Program-made: the position numbers and the translations under genes
Notes under the pieces: model-generated
The model's database searches: none
What the model saw: only the letters and a program-made list of their open reading frames with translations
Told to the model about the DNA's origin: nothing
In this document: in pieces, positions 56,719 to 64,000 of the stretch
How positions within the stretch are numbered: the stretch's first letter is position 1
Layout of the letters: each line of letters begins with the position of its first letter
Origin: Eledone cirrhosa
Lineage: Eukaryota
Assembly: GCA_964016885.1 (NCBI GenBank)
Contig: OZ024741.1
Coordinates: forward strand, 271,994,001-272,058,000
Reading direction: 5' to 3'
DNA length: 64,000 bases

Positions 56719-57108
56719 TGTGGATTGGCAGTATCGGTAGAGAGTCGGACACCATGCTTTGAAGCATAGAGTTACGTCCCTTTATGATCTGAGTTCAAAT
56801 CCCGCCGAAGTTAACTTTGCCTTTCATCCTTACGGGGTCGATAAAATAAAGTACCAGTAATGTACTGAGTAATTTTTGGCCTTGTACCTAAAATAGAAAC
56901 AATTATTATTATTATTATAGTATCGGACATGCTCTGCAGTAGATAATTATGGCCCATTATGTTCTGAGTTCAAATCCCACCGAATTTAGTTTTGTCTTTC
57001 ATCCTTATATGGTCGATAAAATACCAGTTAAGTACTAGGGTCGATATAAGTCCACTTCCCTCCCTCTCCCATAATGGCTGGCCTTGTGCCCAAATTAGAA
57101 ATTATTAT
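56719..57108 (+). mobile_element. Two tandem tRNA-derived SINEs (56719-56917 near full length; 56919-57108)
   Basis: A-box tggcagtatcggtag, B-box gagttcaaatccc, conserved core and (ATT)n tail. Confidence 0.88.
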
Positions 57109-57666
57109 CAACATCATTATCAAGGACCTACCTACCACCGCCAAGGTTGAATTAAACGCCTTCGATCATATATATTGTAGATCATGCTCAGTCAAAAACA
57201 AGCACAGCTTTCTAAAATATTATTGTTTAACCCTAGGTCAGTTATGAATGATCAGACATATTTAAGGCATTGCATCAAACCACGGTCGTCCCATTTTTAT
57301 CATGTGTGGCGTATCTAGGACAACATTATACAATGTGTCTCTTTGCCCTTTTTTTTAAAGTCGGTAATAGGGTAGTAGTTTATAGTGAAATTTGGATGTT
57401 GTTTTTAGCAGGTCGAGCGACCACGCAGAGATGGAGTATTTTAACAAAGATACATGATTAAATTCAAACAAAGCAAGAAAAAGTCAGTGAAAATACAAAA
57501 ATACCTACACACATTTTCCCATATGTACACACACGTAAGACCATCCTGTGTGTGTGGTGTGTCTAATCGATATATACTGAAGTGGGTGAGCACTCAATAC
57601 ATGATGGTAGAGTGTAAAATTTATTTTCTGAAGAAAAAGATGGCAGTGACTTCACACACACACACA

Positions 57667-57853
57667 TAATTGTTTCTACTTTTGGCACAAGGCCAGCAAT
57701 TATCCCAGTGTATTACTGGTACTTTATTTAATCAACCCCGTAAGGATGAAATGCAAAGTTAACCTCGGCGGGATTTGAACTCAGAATGGCAAGGGCCGTA
57801 ACTCTATGCGTCAAAGCATGGCGTCCGACCCTCTACCTATACTGCCAATCCAC
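57667..57853 (-). mobile_element. tRNA-derived SINE, near full length
   Basis: Reverse complement of the 56719 family. Confidence 0.88.
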
Positions 57854-58155
57854 CGAACTCAGAATATATAATAAAGAAAACATACCACATGTCATATGTA
57901 TAAAAAACATACATCAGTCTCGCTACGAGTATTTTAAGCTGTGATTATGTCACACGTACCCAAATACATACATGACATGCATACACACACATACAGTATA
58001 TGTGTGTGTGTATATATATATATATATATCATATTCACATATATATATATATATGTGAATACACTGGTAAGTTTTACCTGTTTACGGTAGGACTAGCAAC
58101 CAATGAACTAATTAAGCGTTAAATCTCGTTTTTTTTTTTTCATTGTTCAACCTGC

Positions 58156-59207
58156 ATCATCATCATCATCATCGTTTAACGTCTATCTTCGACACTAGCA
58201 TGGGTTGGATGGGATTGTCCCACTTGAGGCAAGATTGATTGGGTGACCGTGTCTCGCTCGTATATGACTATCTGGCAGGTTTTCTACGGCTGGATGCCCT
58301 TCCTAACACTAACCACATTTACAGTGTGGGCTGAGAGCCTTTTTACCATGTCTCCTAGACGACCACTTTACAGCGTGGACTGGGTGCTTTTTGTCGTGAG
58401 ACCTACATGACCTCTTTAGTGTGGACTGGATGTTCTGTGGTACCAACATAATTTTACAGACAAAGGGTGGTGTGGGTGGGAGTGGGAAGATGGAGTAGGG
58501 GTAGTGGGTTGGGGTTTATATTTGGTTAAGAGGTGCCTACTGACTGTAGGTTTAACTTTGTACGTAGGGAAGGCGGGTCTTCTGTATTACTGCGTAGCGC
58601 CGAAGGTCTCGACCCAGTGACATTGTCTTAGAGAGGTCAGTTTTTATCTTATCGTCCCAGGTTTTTCTGGGTCTATCTACTCCATACCTTCCATTAATTT
58701 TGATCGCCTTACACTTTTTTTATACAGCTGTCGTCCTTCATATGTATCACATGACCATACCAACGTAATCACCTCTCAAGTAAACTGCATCTGATCCCTC
58801 TTATTCCTAATTTCTCACTTAGTTCATTTATGTTTTGCCGTTCGTGTATATTATTACAATCCCGCCGAGGTTGACTTTGCCTTTCATCTTTACGGGGTCG
58901 ATAAAATAAAGTACCAGTAATGCACTGGATAATTGCTGGCCTTGTGCCTAAAATAGAAACAATTATTACTATTACACATCCAACGGAGCATGAATCCTTC
59001 GTTCCTTTCCAATCTGCGCAGGTCCTCTGCACACAATGTCCAGATCTCACTGCCATGTAACATTGCTGTTCGTATACAAGCCTTTCATCTTTTGTGGCTC
59101 TCTGAACTTTTTCAATTCCTTTCTAACTCTAGCTACTGCTGATTGTGTTATCCAGGTAACGGAAAGTGTCTACTATTTCCATAGAACCATCTGGGCAGTT
59201 GAAGGAG

Positions 59208-59208
<1 letters not shown>
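58156..59208 (-). mobile_element. Degenerate RTE 3' fragment interrupted by a SINE (58859-58972, +)
   Basis: (CAT)n tail at 58156, a 3' UTR like 62400-62560, and ERQNINELSEKLGIRGIRCSLLER. Confidence 0.8.
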
Positions 59209-59265
<57 letters not shown>

Positions 59266-59359
59266 TATATATATATATATTATATATATTATATATATAT
59301 ATATTATATATATTATATATATATATATTATATATATACTATATATATATATTATATTT

Positions 59360-59361
<2 letters not shown>

Positions 59362-59390
<29 letters not shown>

Positions 59391-59950
59391 GGTTTAGCGT
59401 CCGTGTTCCACGCTTGCATGGGTTTGGACGGCGGTTTTCCCACTTGAGGCAAGAGTGGTTGTCTTGCTCGCATAGGACTGTCTGGCGGGTTTTCTACAGT
59501 TGGATGCCCTTCCTAACACCAACCACATTTACAGTGTGGGGCTGGGAGGTTTTTACCGTGTTGCCTACACGGCCACATTACAGCGTGGACTGTCTGGCGG
59601 GTTTTCTACAGCTGGATGCCCTTCCTAACACCAACCACATTTACAGTGTGGGGCTGGGAGGTTTTTACCGTGTTGCCTACACGGCCACATCTACAGCGTG
59701 GACTGTGTGTTTTTTGTCGTGACACCTACACGATCTCATTTGTTTCGGCCTGGATGTTGTGGGACCAACATAACTTTACATTGAAAGGGGCGGTGTGGGT
59801 GGGGTGGAGGTGGTGGGACGGGGGTGTGTTTTGATAGAGATGCCTACTGACTGTAGTAGGTTTTTACTTTGTATTTAGGTAAGGCGGGTCTTCTCTATTA
59901 CTGAGTACCGCCAAAGGTCTCGGTCCAGTGACATTGTCTTGGAGAGGTGT
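59362..59950 (-). mobile_element. RTE 3' end (UTR plus (CAT)n tail) with an internal ~115-bp duplication
   Basis: 59881-59950 is nearly the reverse complement of 63828-63897. Confidence 0.85.
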
Positions 59951-59985
59951 AATATTATATATATATATATAATATATATATATAT

Positions 59986-60039
<54 letters not shown>

Positions 60040-60193
60040 ATATATATATTATATATATATATATTATATATATATATATATATTATATATATTATATATA
60101 TATATATTATATATATATATATATTATATATATTATATATATATATATTATATATATATATATATTATATATATTATATATATATATATATTA

Positions 60194-60236
<43 letters not shown>

Positions 60237-60249
60237 ATATATATAATAT

Positions 60250-62581
60250 AAGAGACAGGCATGGAAAGAATGGAAGAACGGGGGGAGCAGGGTACATTAC
60301 ATAGAGACCAAGAGGGAAGCTAGGCGACAAGTATACTTAGCTAGGAGGGAAGCAGAGGATAGAAAATTCAAGCATGTTTTACAACGTGAGGACCAGAAAC
60401 AGGAGGTATTCAAGATTGCGAGGCAGTGTGTCAGAGATAGTTGTGATGTCATTGGAGAGAAGTGTATCCGGAATGATAAAGGTGAGCTTGCCCTCACAAG
60501 TGCTGAGAAGAAAGATGCATGGAAGAGTCATTATGATAGATTACTAAATGAGGAGAATGCATGGGAAGAAGAGACCCTACCCCACGTAGACCCTATAGAG
60601 GGACCAGCAGTACAAGTCAGCGGCAGCGTAGTAAGTAAGGCAATCAGAGATATGAAGATAGGGAAGGCAACCGGTCCATCGGGTATAGCTGCCGAGATGC
60701 TGAAGGCATCTGGGTCTGTAGGTCACACTATAACCACACGTATCGTTAACCAGGTAATACTAGAGGGGGCCATACCAAAAGATTGGTGCAGTAGCATCAT
60801 TGTCAACTGCTACAAAGGTAAAGGCGATGCACTAGATAGAGGAAACTATAGAGGTATAAAGTTGATGGACCAGGTCATGAAAGTAACAGAAAGAGTTATA
60901 GCACAGCTGATTAGGGACCGGGTGAATATAGACGAGATGCAATTTGGGTTTGTACCAGGGAAAGGCACCACTGATGCCCTCTTCCTTGTGAGGCAATTAC
61001 AGGAAAAGTACCTAGCTAAAAGTAAGCCACTCTACTTGGCATTTGTCGACCTTGAGAAAGCCTTTGACAGAGTTCCACGTGCAGTAATCTGGTGGGCTCT
61101 TAGAAAACTAGGAGTAGATGAATGGCTTGTGAAAGCGGTACAAGCCATGTATAGGGGAGCAGTCAGCAAAGTTAGGATTGGCAATGAGTATAGCGAGGAA
61201 TTTAGCGTACAGGTTGGGGTCCACCAGGGCTCTGTTCTTAGCCCTCTCCTGTTCATCATAGTCCTGCAGGCAATAACGGAGGAGTTTAAGACCGGATGCC
61301 CATGGGAACTCCTGTATGCTGATGACCTCGCACTCATAGCTGAATCTATGGTAGAACTAGAGAATAAATTCCAAACCTGGAAGCAGGGACTAGAGAGAAA
61401 GGGCCTCAAAGTCAACATGACAAAGACTAAGGTCCTTGTAAGTAGACGAGAAAACAGAACCCAGATCCCCTCAGGGAAATGGCCTTGCTCAGTATGTAGG
61501 AAAGGTGTAGGTAGAAACTCCATTCTCTGCCCCAAATGCAAACAATGGGTACACAAGAGATGTAGCGGGATCTCAGGAAGCTTAATTAAGAATGTAGGAT
61601 TCACATGCAGCAGCTGTGCTGAAACAGCAAGCAAACAGCCACAGGAAACAAGTACCACCAATCTCTGGGAGGGCCCTGTAGAAACAGTAGACAGCTTCTG
61701 CTACCTAGGTGACCGAATTAGCAACGGAGGTGGGTGCTCAGAAAGTACAATAACTAGGGTAAGAACGGGATGGAAGAAGTTTAGGAACTACTACCACTGC
61801 TAGCTGCAAAAGGCTTCTCCCTCAGAATGAAAGGCAGACTGTATGATGCGTGTATCCGAACAGCGATGTTGCATGGTAGTGAGACCTGGGCGCTGAAGGT
61901 GGAAGACTTACGTAGATTAGAGAGAAACGAAGCCTGCATGCTCCGATGGATGTGTAACAGTAATATACGTGAACGACAAAGCATAAAGGAATTGAGAGAG
62001 AGACTGAGCATAAGAGGAATCAAATGCTGCGTGCAGGAGAGGCGGTTACGCTGGTATGGACATGTGATGCGTATGAAGGATGACAGCTGCATAAAAAGGT
62101 GCAGAGCACTAGAAGTTGATGGAAACCGCGGAGTGGGGAGACCCAAGATGACTTGGGATGAGGTGATAAAAGCCGACCTTACCCAACTACACCTCTCAAA
62201 GTCAATGACACACGACCGTGACTTCTGGCGTCACGCAGTAATACAGGGTACCCGACCTCCCATGGGTACATGCTGAAGCATATAAACAATATGCCCCCCC
62301 CCCCTCCACCGCAAGGTGGCTGTGGAGGTGCCACGGCAAAAAAGCACCCAGCCCACACTGTAAAGTGGACGTGTAGGCGCCACGAAAAAGCACCCAGCAC
62401 TCACTGTAAATGAGGTTGGTGTTAGGAAGGGCATCCAGCTGTAGAAATCAAGCCAGATCAGTTCCTGTATGAGCAAGGCATGGTCAGCCGACCAGACACT
62501 GCCCACAACAGGACAACCCGTCTAACCCATGCTAGCGTGGAAGAACGGACGTAAAACGGTGATGATGATGATGATGATGAT
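60250..62581 (+). mobile_element. RTE-clade LINE, 5' truncated; RT with an inserted Cys/His zinc-finger (PHD-like); one frameshift near 61786
   Basis: GKATGPSGI, NYRGIKL, QFGFVPG, FVDLEKAFDRV, GVHQGSVLSP, LYADD, ETWAL, RRLRWYGHV; (GAT)n tail at 62560-62581. Confidence 0.95.
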
Positions 62582-62584
62582 ATA

Positions 62585-64000
62585 AGGCAAAAGTACCACA
62601 GACGCTCTTTTCATTGTACGACAACTACAGGAGAAGTACCTAGCTAAAGGTAAACCCCTCTACTTAGCTTTTGTCGACTTGGAGAAAGCCTTCGACAGAG
62701 TCCCCCGATCCATTATCTGGTGGGCTCTTAGAAAACTAGGTGTTGACGAATGGCTTGTGAGAGCTATACAAGCCATGTATAAGAAAGAAACAGTCAGCAA
62801 GGTTAGAATTAACAACGAATATAGTGAAGAGTTTAGCGTAAAAGTTGGCGTCCATCAGGGCTCTGTTCTCAGCCCCCTACTATTTATTATTGCCCTTCAG
62901 GCTATAACAGAGGAGTTCAAGACCGGCTGCCCATGGGAACTCCTATACGCAGACGACCTGACACTCATAGCTGAATCAATGGCCGAGCTAGAGAAGAAAT
63001 TCCAAACATGGAAGCACGGCCTAGAATCAAAAGGACTTAAAATTAACCTGGCTAAGACTAAAGTTCTAGTTTGTAGGAAAGAAAATAAGGCGGCGATCCC
63101 TTCTGGGAAATGGTCATGCTCAGTGTGTAGGAAAGGCGTAGGTAGAAACTCCATTTTATGTCCCAAATGCAAAGTATGGGTGCATAAAAGATGTAGTGGG
63201 ATCACAGGTAAGCTAACTAAGAACATAGATTTTACATGTGGCCGGTGCTCTGGTGCAATAAGTAGCAGCAAGTGCCCACAAAATACTAGCTCTTTCAATT
63301 GCGCAGAGGGTTCTATAGAAATAGTGGACAGCTTCCGTTACCTGGGCGATAAAATCAGCAGTGGGGGAGGGTGCTCTGAAAGTACAGTAGCTAGAGTCAG
63401 AACTGGTTGGAAAAAGTTCAGAGAGCTTATACCACTATTAGCTGCTAAAGGGTTCTCCCTACAAATGAAAGGCAGGTTGTATGATGCCTGCATACGAACA
63501 GCAATGTTGCATGGCAGTGAGACCTGGGCATTGTGTGCAGAGGATATATGCAGACTAGAGAGGAACGAAGCTTGCATGCTCCGCTGGATGTGTAACAGTA
63601 ATATACGTGAACGGCAAAGCATAAACGAACTAAGGAAAAAATTAGAAATAAGAGGGATCAGATGTTGTTTACTCGAGAGACGGCTACGTTGGTATGGACA
63701 CGTGATGCGCATGAAAGTCGATAGCTGTATAACAAAGTGCAGGGCAATAAAGATAGACGGTAGCCACGGAATAGGCAGACCTAGAAAAACCTGGGACGAG
63801 CTGATAAACTCCAACCTCACACACTTACACCTCTCCAAGACAATGTCACTGGACCGAGACCTTTGGCGGTACTCAGTAACAGAGAAGACCCGCCTTACCT
63901 AAATACATAGTAAAACCTACTACAGCCAGTAGGCATCTCTAACAAAATACACCCCGTCCCACCACCCCCACCCATCCACACCACCCCGTTCTATGTAAAG
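62585..64000 (+). mobile_element. Second RTE-clade LINE copy (5' truncated; frame open to 63902; runs off the window)
   Basis: Same motifs (LYADD, zinc-finger insert, RRLRWYGHV); a diverged paralog of the preceding copy. Confidence 0.95.

Noticed and set aside
56719-56810. tRNA gene
   Set aside because: The A and B boxes belong to a SINE head, with no cloverleaf and with a SINE body and tail following.
61032-63838. Antisense ORFs overlapping the RTE RTs
   Set aside because: Shadow frames of the RT coding strand.

Overview
AT-rich, microsatellite-dense animal genomic DNA. The SINE, RTE and Penelope content suggests an octopus-type cephalopod (inference). I can support only one host-gene coding exon (54469-55332, a low-complexity N-terminus plus a transmembrane helix, ending at a GT donor). 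The rest is mobile DNA: Penelope-like elements (PLEs; RT and GIY-YIG remnants), RTE, CR1, L1/Tx1 and CRE-like LINE remnants, tRNA-derived SINEs, non-autonomous Helitrons, Tc1/mariner MITEs and minisatellites. Most ORF-track entries are translations of (TA)n/(CA)n repeats. The main hidden signal is about 30 type I hammerhead ribozyme (HHR) motifs, read by eye. Most lie in elements inserted in (TA)n tracts as divergent fold-back (inverted) pairs. Two loci (17186-19198 and 30889-32840) are non-coding, hairpin-rich tandem multimers of ~470 and ~430 bp monomers with one minimal, dimer-type HHR per monomer. They appear homologous to each other and look like a retrozyme-like (circular-RNA) family probably mobilised by PLEs. 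No folding, alignment or database search was run, and ribozyme activity is untested.
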